This document shows positions 1 through 11,819 of a stretch of DNA of 64,000 nt, piece after piece. The stretch lies in the NCBI RefSeq assembly GCF_000372725.1, contig NW_005201123.1, positions 62,001-126,000 on the forward strand, given 5' to 3'. The position numbers and the translations under genes are program-made. Below the pieces are notes generated by a model that was given only the letters and a program-made list of their open reading frames with translations, made no database searches and was not told where the DNA came from. Source of the DNA: Emiliania huxleyi CCMP1516 (Eukaryota). The stretch's first letter is position 1; each line of letters opens with the position of its first letter.

Positions 1-40
1 GTGAATAGAAGAGCTGTGAATAGGCGCCGCGCAAGTCCTC

Positions 41-138
41 GTGATGGAGTCGGCGCCACATGCGCGGCCGAGCCGCACGCCTTCGCCCCCGCCATGCCGC
101 GCCGCCCCCGCCGGAGCCAGCGTCGGCGGCGGCAGCGT

Positions 139-193
<55 letters not shown>

Positions 194-484
194 GGCGGCG
201 GTGGCGAGCCCCTGCTGGTGCGGCGCGCGTCGTGGGATGCACAAGACTACAGCCGCCGCCGGAGCGACTCCATGCATCCCAGCGCCCCGCAGCCCGACGC
301 TCGGCGCGAGCGCCTGTCCGCCCCCGTCGAAACTCGGGAAGACTACGAGCGCCGCCGCGAGCGGTGGCACGACGAGCGCTCGCGCGAACGCGACCACTAC
401 GACGAGCGCGGACACGGCGCGGCACACCCTCACCCGTGGCGGCGCGGCGACGAGCGGGACTCGCACCCGCGGGAGCGCCGCTAG
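41..484 (+). CDS. Probable C-terminal part of a Gly-rich, Arg/Glu/Asp-rich low-complexity protein
   Basis: Open frame with poly-Gly then RE/RD-rich tail (REDYERRRERWHDERSRERDHYDER), stop at 482-484; the 5' part may lie outside the window. Confidence 0.4.
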
Positions 485-1778
485 CGAATGCGTGGCAGGG
501 TTGAAAAGAGCGTGTGGAGTGCATTGTGGGTGGGTGGCACGATCGGCCCGAAGTTATTGAGCGCTAGTTGTGCCACGTGCGTGGGTTGGATGAATTGCCC
601 GTGCACCTGTGTCCATCTGTACGGCTTTATGTCCGTGCCAGTGTGCGCTGTGCCGTGCCCAGATGCCAGAGAGACAGAAAGAAAGATCAAAGAATTCTTA
701 ATTAACAACACAGCCCCGCTCACAGCAGACTGGGTGTGCATACGCCCTTCGCCTCGGGCGTCGGGGTTGCAGTCGGTGCGTGAGCCGTGACCGTGTGTTG
801 CGTAAGAGGTAAGTATGTTCTAGGAAGAAGTTCTACCACTGGCGGCTAGGGATGAGGCCGCAAAAGAGGCGCGCGAGACAAGGAGGAGAATCGGAGAACG
901 GAGAGACTTTGGGACGACTAGAGGGGGGGGCCACGATGACACAACCCACATGATTAATTACTTGTGTCGCTAATGTTCAAACAAGCGGTCGTGTCGTGCA
1001 GCTCGGGTGCTGGGGGGGTCGTGGGAGCCGCTCGGGACCATTCTAAAGGCGTGTTTTGGTAGCTGGGGCCTCGAAAGCGCCCCCGGGGCCCTTTGAGGGG
1101 CCGCACATTGCTCGGTACCCCCCCTGCACATCTAAAGCCATCCCTCCTTCTAGGGGGGGGGGGGGGGGGGTGAGCAGCAGAGCGCACGGACCCAGCTCTC
1201 CCGCCTCTTCGCCGCCGCCCCCCTCCACCCTCGGCTCGTGTTTGAGCGTACGCTCGAGGCGGTTGTGTTCACCGCGCCTTCGAGCCCGGTTGGCAGTAGG
1301 AGGGCCCGCCGGTGAGACCACTGATTTTGGTGTCGACCATAAATTCTCGCCACTGGAACACATGCTACTTACAGCTGCTGTCTATACAGAGATGCCAGCA
1401 CCCCCCACAGGCAGAGCGCTCCTGCTGGGGGGGGGGGGTTCGGACCCCCCCAGCAGCAGAGCGCTGCTGCTGTGGGGGGGGGGGGGATATCGCGCACGAG
1501 TCAGCCGCGAGAGTCCGTCCAAGCCTCGGAACGAGCCCAACGGGGCCATTTTGGCCCCTCGGCGCCTTCTGCCGACCTTTGGCGCCCGATTTGGTGCCAC
1601 CCTGCGGTCTTCAGACGCATCTGAGGTGCTCCCATGATGTTTCTACATCGGGACGTGTCGTGGTCTGACAATCAAAAGCGGCAGAGAGCACACAACCACC
1701 CAAGCACGCACCCACGACAGACACCCGTTGCTGTTTTGGCTCTGCTCCCTGAGATTCCCTGCACACACCCAGCAGCTA

Positions 1779-3000
1779 CTAGAGTCCCTCCGGTCCCCCG
1801 ATTGGGTTCTCCGCACTCCCCGCGTCTAGGAGGAGCTGCAGGATCGCCGCCTCGCGCGCCTCCCCGTCCCCACTCCTGGACGCCTCACCGTCGTCAGCAA
1901 AGTCGTGGAGGAAGGCGCCAGCGTCCCCGAAGGGGTTTGTGCCTGTCTCGGCGTAGGCCTGCAGCAGCCCGCGGAGTCGCAGGCGCTCCTCGGCGATGAA
2001 GACGCCATTCGCCCGCGAGACGTCTCGCAGCTCGCTGCCTCTCAACCCCGACAGGTCGCGCAGCGGCGTCCCGCGCAGCAAGAAGTCATTCAATGGCTCC
2101 TGGAAGTCACCCCGCGCGACCCACGCGTGGAACCTCTGCCGGAACCAGCTCGCCCACACGCCGCACTGGAAGGCGTCGTCTTGCAGCTTGAGGCGGAGGA
2201 TCACTACGGACCAGCCCCGGGTGCCGCATGCTGCATCGGCTGCCTCGCGCAGCTGCCCCGACGCTCGGTCCGAAGCGCGCAGGTCTGAGCCATAGGGCTC
2301 CCAAAAGAAGACGGATCTCGCCGGCGCGCAGATCACCGCGCCAGTGCATGCCGAGGCAAAAGTGGAAGAGGCGCGAGCGGTCGGTGCTGCTGAGAGCCTC
2401 CTTGGAGCGCGTGGTCGCGAACACCTCGCCCGTCTGAAACGACTGCCCGTCGAGCGGGTACGCAGTCGTAACAGGCCGCTCTGCGCAGCGCTGGTCGCCC
2501 GCGCAGATGGCCAGACGCCCGAGCTGCTCGTCGTTCAGCCATTCCCGCGGGTCGTCCGAGAGGACGGCGCCTGAGCCGTACCGCTGGCGCGCGGTACCGC
2601 GCAGCACTGGCTGCTCGCGCGCAGGCGGGGACGACGGCGGCTCGCACTCCATCTCGTCGACGGCGCCGCTCGAGCTGCCCGCGGCGCCAGCCTCGCCCGC
2701 CCCTTCCTCCTCGGCCGCGTCAGCGTCCTCGGAAGCGGCGGATGGGGCCCGTGGCCGGCTCCAGCGGCGTGGACCGCCGCCCTACGTCACCTCCTTGACT
2801 CGGGAGCAGGGGTCGTAGATTAGCTTGATCCGAACCGTCGCCCACCCCTTCCACCCCTGCGGGTCTCGTAGACGTCGTCCTCGCCCTCCACCTCGCGCAG
2901 CCAGTTCACCTCGACCACGCGCACTCTGATCTTTGTGATGAGGCAGAGTCACACGGTCGGCTCGCCGCTCGGGGCGTACTCGGCCAGGTACTCGGCCACC
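1779..3000 (-). pseudogene. Ulp1/SENP-like (C48) cysteine protease pseudogene, probably transposon cargo
   Basis: Motifs in order WLNDEQL ... MHW / VICAPARSVFFWEPYGS ... LQDDAFQCGVW match the Ulp1 WLNDxxI, HW, D/E and QxxxxxCG pattern; frameshift at ~2337 just after HW; in-frame stops upstream (~2785, ~2950). Confidence 0.7.
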
Positions 3001-4029
3001 GCGCCCACAGACAGAGCACATGCGGCGCGCCTCGGCCAGGCTGGTGGAGTCTAGTTGAACCCAGCCGGGTTGGCGCTGTGTGGTGGCGGCGTGCCGTCCT
3101 CCCATCCCTCCCGGGACCTGTCTTCTTTCTTTCTTTCCATCCAACGACCAACGTGGGTTCGGATGCTGAGGTGGTTGGGGAAGACCTGCTGGAATTGATA
3201 CAGACCGACGCTACACGGCGCGCGCGTGCGCTCCTTTAGGCCAACCGGGCTGCCAACTCGCAGACTCAGACTGTGTAGCTGCCATATTGATTAGAGAAGA
3301 GGCTTGCACTCTACTCGCCGTGAGGACCTGAATCAAAAGGCACTCGCTCGCCGGCAAGGACTACGGGTAGCACACGCGGCAGCAGAGGTGGCGGTCCGGG
3401 TCGCAGCGCGCGTAGCAAGTCGGCCCCAGCGTCACGGGCGTCGGGCCAGGAGCCGGCTCGACGAGATCGACGAAGAGGACGAAGACGAGGAAGACTACTC
3501 GAACTTGGACGAGGACTCGGGCGAGGAGCAGGACTCGGAGACCGGCCAGGGAAGCGACGACCATGACCAGGTGACACGAGGAGTGGATGTGACAAGAGGA
3601 GTCCGCATTTCGCGCTGTCTGCTCTCTTTCGCCGCCCGACCCTTTCGCCCGCCCACCACTTGCGAGCACAAATCTCACACCTCCACTGCCCTCGCCACAG
3701 GCGGCGACGGACGGACATACAAGGCTCGAACGGCGGCAGCGGCTCAACGGCCGCCGGCGGCCGTCGTGCGTTTGCTTTCGCCATACGTGGCGCACCCCCC
3801 GGCGTCTGCTCTGGTTTGGGGGCGGAGGGGAGGACTCTCATGTGCGGACTGTTGGGCTCTCTGTGTTGAACTGGCGCTTGTGCGCGAACCCCACCAGTCT
3901 GGCCGAGCGGCACGCCGCCGCTGGGGGCGTGAGGAGGCCGCGGGGGACGGCGGTGAACCCCATCCTTCGATATAGGATGGGCCCTCACGGCGGCCCGTCT
4001 GCTGCTGAAAATGTGGCGTGTTGGGGGCT

Positions 4030-4507
4030 CTCCTGTGTGACTCCTCTGGACGGCGCGCCACCGCTCGTCGTCCAGCATGTGCCACCACCGCCGATCCAGG
4101 TAGCCGTCGTACTCGACTTCGTGCACGATCCGTCCGTCCTCGTCCTCCTCCCGCGCCATGACGGTCGCGGGGTACCACCGCTCGCTGTCGCAGAAGATCT
4201 CGAGGCGCGATCCGGTGGGCAGGACAGTGTGGCCGTCGAGCGCCACCCTGGCATCCTCGCGCTGTCGCTTCCGCCGCTTCGCCTTCGTCTCCTTGCTGCG
4301 CAGCAGGGTGTAGTTCGGGCCCACCTCCGCCACGCTGTCCAGCACGTGGGCGGCGCTCGCCATCTCGACCGCGTCGTCCTCCGGCGGAAGCTCCGCGTCG
4401 CCCGCGGCCACTTCCCGAGCGCGCTCGTCGCGCATCCGCTCGTGGTGGGCCTGCCGACGCGCCACGCCGGCGCCCGTGTGCCTCGCCGCCGCGTCCGGCG
4501 CCGGCAT
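4030..4507 (-). CDS. Tudor/chromo-barrel (Royal family) domain-coding fragment
   Basis: LPTGSRLEIFCDSERWYPATVMAREE...VHEVEYDGYLDRRWWHML at 4055-4222 fits the Tudor/Agenet consensus (W-Y-x-A-x-V ... V-x-Y-D-G-Y); gene limits unclear. Confidence 0.55.
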
Positions 4508-5350
4508 CGATCGCTGCCACAGGTCGTCCCACAGGTCGTCCCAACAGGTCGTCCCACAGGACGCATCCAAATCGCCGCATTTTGTTATACCAAAAAGAGG
4601 GCTACACAAGGCCCTCTACGCTGGGGCGCCGGCGCATTTCGACCGCCGAAAAGTCTCCCACTCGCGCCCTCCCCAAACCGAGTCCTCTCTACAGTTACAT
4701 ACACTACAGGGGGATACCACTGTGCGGCCGCTCCAGAACTGCCCCATTCGCAAACAGCTACGCTACGGGCCCGGCTGGTCCAATCGCTCGTGCCTGCTTG
4801 CTCTCGAGGCAGCAGAAGAAGGAGGGCGGCGCCACCGCGTAGGGCACGCCGCACTGCTGCCGCTTGGCCTCCTCCTTCCAGATGAAAGCGCTCCTCTTCT
4901 CCTGCCAGCTGCCTGCTCGGCGGCCCTTGCGCGATCCCTCCCGGGCCGATTGGTCTTTCGGATCAGCTCAATCCTACTGCGCGCAGCCCGGAATTTGCGC
5001 CCCTCCCGTCAAGCGCTGGGGAACGTCCTCATTTCCCGAGTTTAATCGTCCTCATTTCTTTCTGCTTTCCTACCCCCAAAGCTAATAGAGCTCTAACGAA
5101 CCCGACGGGAACCGTAATATCTTTCGTTTTCGCGAGCAAAGGTGCCGCCTCCCGCCCGCCCCCGCCGCCCCGCTCATCCCCGGCCCCGCCGCCCCGCTCA
5201 ATTCCCCGCACGCGAGCAAGGCGCACGGCCGCGCTAACTATATTCGCGCGCGAAGACGGGCGCTCTGGTGTCGCTACTACCTCGCGGCCCGACGCAGTCC
5301 AGAGCGTGGCGTGCTGGTAGCTGACCCTTCTTTCGCAGCGTAGGTCAGCA

Positions 5351-6083
5351 ATGCTCGCAGCGACCCTGTACTTGTTTGCTTTTGCCCCCACGCCGTGCAC
5401 GGACGACAACGCTGCCGTCCCCATGCTTGCAACCGCACTCGGCGTTCCCGACGTCACCTCCTGTGCTGAGGTACCGTTCAGTAGGCGCTTCCACCTGTAG
5501 AGCCCTGCACCTCCCTCGTCGACAAGAACGCGTAGACAGCGCTAGACAGACTCTGCCCCGGTACCCACGCCTGAGATGACGGTCGCCTCCCATCCGTCTT
5601 CTCCCCGCGTCTAAAGGAGGGCGCTCCCCCCGCTCCGCTCAGGTGTTGTCGATGAATTACTGCCCCCGCGTCCCGGTGGAGCTCGTGCACTACTGCTGCG
5701 CCTCTTGCGCTGACTTCCCTAGTACTCCTTTGCGCGAATCACGAGGGCAGAAAGATGAATACGGGTGTGATGGATACAGAATCGCAGTCAAACAGTCCAG
5801 TGGCAAATTTCAATTAACTGGCGACACCTCATTTAGTGACGGCACGTCCTGCAGCTTCTCGACCTGGACTCGTGCTGGACTGGCGGAAAACATAGCCACT
5901 AATGGCGAAACATGTGCTTGCGCCTGTCAGACAATTTTCGCTCCCTCTGTTATGTCTGATTCGACACCTGCGATTGATACGTGCGAGCCATGGGCGCTTA
6001 CATATGGCAATCCGTGTGGCCAGTCAACGCCAAGCTGTTTTGGCGCCTCGATGGGCTGCCAGCACGCCTGGGGGTGCCTGTAG
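5351..6083 (+). CDS. Secreted cysteine-rich protein with ShK-like N-terminal module (exons 5351-5470, 5643-6083)
   Basis: ATG 5351, hydrophobic leader MLAATLYLFAFA, GT-AG intron 5471-5642 joins in frame to give CTDDN...SCAEVLSMNYC...YCCASC; many further Cys; stop 6081-6083. Confidence 0.7.
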
Positions 6084-6176
6084 ATGACGTAGGTGGAGGC
6101 GAACACAGCCAAGCAAGGCACATGTAATTTGCAGATCGATTATCCGACCACCCCTGCATGCGCGGGCCTTGGCCCG

Positions 6177-6542
6177 CAGTGCTCAAACTTTACCGGTATG
6201 GGAGTTTTTGGCTAATCAACCCCAAGGCCTGCACTAATCAAAAAGTGGTACGGGATACCAGTTGCCTCACGGAAATCAAAGCGAGTCGGAGTGCCTTCTT
6301 GGTGGCAAAATCGGCAAAATCGGCAAAATACCGGGTATTTTGCGGGTATACCTGAAAAAACCCGGGTATACCCGGGTAATACCCGCACTTTTGCATGGTT
6401 TCGCCCCCGGGACCACACCGACAGCCGCTACAACTAATGAAAACCCCGCATACCACTTTCGCATACCACTATACCATACCACTCCAAAACTAATCAAAAT
6501 ATCGCCAAATACCGGTCTCATACCGGTAAAGTTTGAGCACTG
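6177..6542. mobile_element. hAT-type MITE, 366 bp
   Basis: 24-bp perfect TIR CAGTGCTCAAACTTTACCGGTATG; 8-bp TSD TTGGCCCG at 6169-6176 and 6543-6550; AT-richer interior with no convincing coding. Confidence 0.92.
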
Positions 6543-7041
6543 TTGGCCCGGTGCCGCTGGTCGAGAGCTGGACGGCATTGGGCGCCAATCCTTGAGTGGT
6601 TTGCTGAACACTATTTGTGCGTGAGGGTGGGTGGGTACTCGGTGAGGTTTGACTGAGGCGTTTCTGATTGTGGCAGTCTAGCGTGCGTGCAACTGTAGCT
6701 CGCTCTGAGCAACGGCCTGCCGCTGCCTCCTGCCCTGTGAATGTGTTGCGGTTTCAGTCAGCCCTAGTCTAGAGGGTGTTGTTGTGGGACGGTCCCCGAT
6801 CGCTGCAGCGTCAATAACGACTGCTGCCCCGTCGAGCTGCCCCGGGCTACACTGCGTTGAATAAAAAAGAATTTTACGGTACAAAAAGGCGGTCGCAAAG
6901 CACGATTCACTTTTAGAACAAAGCTCCCTCGCACGACAGAGGGAACGGGACTGCGCGCAATGGCACTAACTAACACAGATACTAAAACAGAACACTGTGA
7001 TTCTGTGTGAGCTCTGTGTCTTGATTTGCCAACAACATACC

Positions 7042-7263
7042 CGGATCATGCTGAACAAGCTCCTCTTGTAGCTCGATCGGTCACACCGCCATCGCCGTCG
7101 GGGAGAAGGGGGACGACACTGCCTCTGCAGCGTGCACCTCGATCCTGTGTACCGTGTTTGTTATGACCCCCCCCAATGAACACACCAACCAGTGAGGGAG
7201 GGCGAGACGATCGAGGGGTCCCGTACCATGCGGAATCGACCCTTCAAGTGCTCAAGTGCTCAA
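7042..7263 (+). mobile_element. 5'-truncated SINE/LINE 3' end
   Basis: Homologous to 35912-36160; ends in stem-loop GGGTC-CCGTA-CCA-TGCGG-AATC-GACCC plus (GTGCTCAA)2; 12-bp TSD CAACAACATACC at 7030-7041 and 7261-7272. Confidence 0.85.
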
Positions 7264-7357
7264 CAACATACCTAACACAAAAAAGAATTTTACAAAAAAG
7301 ACCTGCGTGGCATGACGCCACACCGAGTTTTTAACCTAACAAGTAACATCAAACGAT

Positions 7358-8015
7358 TTGAGCGCCGACTTCCAGGTAGTCGCTCGCCGCGCGTCGGGGG
7401 CTTCGTCGCCCAATATGTCGCTCATCGTGCCGGCTCCGCAAGTCGGCGGGCCGAATCGGTCCCGAGCTAAAGCCGTCGGCATCGTCCTCCTCGTTGGCTC
7501 ATGCGGGCTCGCCGCCACCCTCCTTCCTCGAGGCCGCGGCGGCAACAACAAGATCACTGCCCCTGCAGTGCTCGAGAAGTGGGGTGGTGGCATTGACAAG
7601 AACTCTGAGGAGTACAAGATTGCACGCTTCCTATTTGACGACATCCAGCATGTCCTCTGCCCCGGCCTCTGCGTGTTTGGCGTTTGTGCAGCGGCCGGAT
7701 GCCCCGCGTTGATGGAGGCGGGGTGGTCGTCTCTGGATTCGGCGGAAAAGGTTGAGGTCGCGCCAATGGATGGCAATGCTTGGCGTTGTCGCCGGATATA
7801 ACTGGAATTTCCAAATTACCATCGACCCGCCCGGCTACGACAAAACCGCGGCAAGCCAATTATACTTCAACAACCGCGGCAAGCCACGTCCCACCTTTGC
7901 GCACAAAAGTTCTTGGGTGGCGCGGCCCAGTCTTCACAACGAAGTGCGAGCTTACATTCTCACCCCGGCGCGAAAGGCAACAACCGTCTACTACGGCGCG
8001 AAGAAAACCGTCTTC
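7358..8015 (+). pseudogene. Frameshifted ORF of unknown origin abutting the ARM-chromo-SET gene
   Basis: Two protein-like frames (…LDSAEKVEVA / QWMAMLGVVAGYNWNF…) joinable by a 1-nt shift at ~7762; lower GC than the downstream gene. Confidence 0.3.
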
Positions 8016-8797
8016 ATGATCCGCGGCAGCCGCGTCGACCTGCTGGCCCAGGGGCGCGAGCAGCCGCCGCGCGACGCACTGGCGCGCCTCGGCATCTCGG
8101 TCGACGCCGGCGACGCCGGCGCGCTTCCCGAGCAGTCCGACTCAATCGAGTCGTCCCGGCTGCTGCTGCTGCACTGCATCCGCCGGCTGGGCGGCGGCCG
8201 CTCGCGGACGTCGGAGCTGGCTGCGACGCTGCGGTCGCGCCTCCTCTCCTCGCTGCGCGGCGACTCCATCGCCTGCCGCAACCGCGCCCTCTTCCTGGTG
8301 GGTGTCCTCTCGGGCGACGGCGACTGCGCAGCGGCGCTGGCCAGCGCGGGCGCGGTCGGCGAGCTGTGCGATCTGCTGCGGCAGGGCGCGCCGCGCGCGC
8401 CATCTCTGATCGAGCGCCAGTGGGCCCTCGTCTCGCTCAGCCACCTCGCTGGCGCCGCCCCGGGCCACGCCCGGCTCTTTGTCAAGGCGCGAGCCGGCGA
8501 GCTGCTGGCGGAGACGCTCCGCAGCTGCGCGTCGCAGCTCGGCGCCTCGCAGCCTGGCGCTTCGCACCTCGGTGCGCGCGAGGCGCCCACGGCGGCGGAG
8601 GCCTGCTCAGGCGGGGAGGCGCCGTGCGCGACGTCGCCGGCGGCCGCTGCCTCTGGCGGGGAGGAGGCGGCGGTGGCGGCGGCGAGTGAGGCGGCAGCGG
8701 AGAGCGAGGCGGCGGCGGCGGCGAGCGGGGCGGCAGGGGGGTCCTCGGTGGAGGCGGCGGCAGTACCAGCGCAGGCGCAGGCGCAGGCGGGTAGTGG

Positions 8798-8849
<52 letters not shown>

Positions 8850-8852
8850 GGC

Positions 8853-8884
<32 letters not shown>

Positions 8885-11819
8885 CGGTGGCGGCGGGGCT
8901 AGCGGCGCGGGTGCGGCGTCTGCCTCGCAGAGCGGCGAGACGGACGCGGAGCGCGAGCGCGCGGCGTTGGGGCTGTGCTACGTCATCTCTGCGGTGGTGG
9001 CCAACCTCAGCCTCGACCGGCAGGGCGCCAAGGAGGTGTCGACGAGCGGGCTGCTGTCGGCCCTCGTGCCACTGCTCCTCGCAAAGCGCGCCACCGGATC
9101 CCCGCGGCTCCTCAGCTATGACTCGGCCACACCTCTCGGCCACGGCCCGCCCTCTAGGCGCGCCACCGTCTCCCTGCCCTCGGCGCGGTGGCTCTGCACC
9201 CACAGCCGCACAGGGCTGCACAACGCCTCGCTCGGCGGCGGCGCCGCGCGCGCGATGCTCAACTTCGCCTACCGCGGGCACGAGACCGCGCGGATGCTCC
9301 TCTCCGTCGGCGCGCTGCCGCGGCTGCTGGCCTTGGAGGACACGCCCGAGGCGTCCGACAAGGTGCGCGAGATTGCGCAGCGAGCCGCTGCCTACTTGGC
9401 CGAGGTGTCAACGTACGTATCGCGCGCGGCGTCCTCGTGCAGCGGCGACGACGACGCCGACAACGCCGACAACGCGCCCGCCGACGGCGCGGAAAGCGCG
9501 CCGCCCGCGCCGTCGCCAGCGCCGCCTGTAGCCCCTCCGCCCGCGCAGCCACACGCGGCGGCGGCGGCGGCGGCGGTTGTGGCGGCTGTGGCGGCGCCGA
9601 CGGGCGCTGGCGGCGAAGCGGCGGAGGCGGAGGCTGAGGGAGAGGCGGAGAGAGTGGCCTTGCGCGGGAAGGAGGGTGGTCAGTCCGCCCCGTCGACGGC
9701 GGCGTCGCTCCTCCGCCGCAGCCTGACGCCGCCCGCCGAGGCGCTGCTCCAGGCGCCCCCGGGAGGGTGGGAGGCGCTGCGTTGCTCCCAATCCGCCGCT
9801 TCCGTCGCTACCGGCGGCGGCGGAGGTGCTGGCATTGGCGGCGATGGCGGCGACGCCACCAGCCGCAGCGGCGGAGACGGCGAGAGTGGCGGCGGCGGAG
9901 GAAGAAGCGGAAGCGGCGGCGGAGGAAGCGGCGGCGGCGGCGGCGGCGGCAGCCGCAAACGCCAGCGCGTGCAGGGCAGCGGCGCGCGGCGGCGGCGGCG
10001 GCGGCGCGGCCGTGGTAGCAGCGGGGACGGCGGCGAGGAGGCGGAGGCGATGTGTGAGTTCGAGTGCATCCTCGGCCGCCGCCTCAGCCGTTCGGGCGCC
10101 TCGGAATACCTCATCAAGTGGCGCGACCCGACCGGGGGAGGAGCGCTCACGCTGACGCACCACCCGCACATGCGCACCCCGCAGCTGCACACGTGCGCGC
10201 ACACAGACACACATACTGACAGGCTAAGCGGGGCAACTCCCCGCACCACGACTCGACGTTTCAAGCCTCTCTCGTCCGGAGCTAGGCGCGTCCTGGGAGC
10301 CGGTGCACCACATTCACGACCCCGCGACGGTCGCCGCCTTCGACCGCGGCGCGGAGGCGGCCGGTCTGTACCCCGACTGGGCGTGGTCGCTCGACGCCGC
10401 GGGCGCCGGCTGGTCTTGCGTGCCGCTCGACATAGCCGCCGCCGCCGGCCGGCGGGGGAGGGAGGGCGGGTCGGCGCGGCGGGCGAGGCCGCGCACGCTC
10501 CCTCCCAACTGGCCGGCCGGGGTGGTCTACGCGCCCTTCCTGCTCTGGGTGGAGCCGGCGGTGGGTGGGGCGCGCGCCGACGCCGCCGACGCCGCCACCG
10601 ACGCTGCCGGTTTGGCGTCGGCACGGATGGAGATGGCGCAGTGGCGGTGCATGGGCGGAGTCTCAATACAGCCGCTGCCGCCAAAGCACCCCGCCGCGGC
10701 GCCGGTGGGAGCGGCGGGCGCGTCGGCGGGCGCGTTCGGCCTCTTTGCCTCCGTCACCCTGCCGTGCGGAGCCGTGCTGGGCAACTACACCGGCCTTGTC
10801 AAGCCTCAGGAGAGAACCTTCTAGGAGCCATCGTGGAGCCTTCTAGGAGCCTTCTAGGAGCCTCCTAGCGGGAGCTTCACGCGGGAGCTTCTAGTGGAAC
10901 CTCCTTGCTTTTAGCGGGAGCTTCTAGTGGAACCTCCTTGGAGCCTTCAGTCTCCGCATTCGTGAGACGCAGTGGGTTGACTCTCGGCCCCACCCCTGTT
11001 GACACCGCAGCGCGCGTACGACACCTCGCGCTACCTGGTGGAGGTGTGCGAGCGGCGGACGGGGCGCCGGTTCGACATCGACGCGGCCAAGTACGGCAAC
11101 GAGACGCGTTTCATCAACGACTACACGGGCATCGCGCCTCAGCCGAACGTAGCCTTCGTGCTGCACTACGCGGCTGGGGCCGGCGAAGTTGCCGTCTCGG
11201 TGGTGACGCAGCGGCTCATCCAGCCAGGCGATGCGGCCGAGAAGCGGCCGAGATGCGGCCAGTATGAGGCCGGTATGCGGCCGAGATGTCGGTATGCGGC
11301 CGGTATGCGGTTGGTTAGCCGAGACGTGGGTGAGGTCTAGCCGAGCGTGCAGCAGCTCGCTGCGCGACTGATGCTTGCCCGCGGCTGTGGACAGGCGAGG
11401 AGCTGCTCGTTGACTACGGCTGCCAGTTCTGGCTGGATGAGAGCGCAGAGGAGAGCGCGGGGAGCAGCCCGGGCTCGAGCCGCAGCCGCAGCCCACCGCC
11501 GCCCGGAGAAGCAGTGGCGATGGACACGGCTGAGGTGGAGGCGGAGGCGGAGACAGAGACGGCGGCGGAGGCGAACGCGGCGGCGTCAGTTGCGACATTC
11601 GCAGACGCAGCGGCGACGATTGCGGAGACGGGGGCATCGGACGAGGCCGTGCAGATCGAGGTAGAGGAGGAGGCCGAGGAGGAGGAGGCGCGCCCGCCGG
11701 ACGGCGCCTCTCGTTTTACGCGAGAGCGCAGGGCGCCGCAGGTCTTCCTCGCCGAGCCGGCGCCGCCGCCGAGAGCACTCGCCGCCGCGGCTCGCGCGGC
11801 AGCCGCATCTGGGGGCTAG
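8016..11819 (+). CDS. ARM-repeat + chromodomain + SET-domain protein (putative lysine methyltransferase), multi-exon
   Basis: ARM-like helices (LASAGAVGELCDLL, LLSVGALPRLLAL); chromodomain FECILGRR...EYLIKWR / ASWEPVHHI; SET motifs GLFA...GAVLGNYTG, IDAAKYGNETRFIND, GEELLVDYGCQFW; introns ~10141-10285, ~10810-11010, 11228-11394; start codon uncertain. Confidence 0.8.

Noticed and set aside
7752..10868. Single 1038-aa ORF as the real protein
   Set aside because: Reads through an intron after the chromodomain start; the SET domain is in other frames
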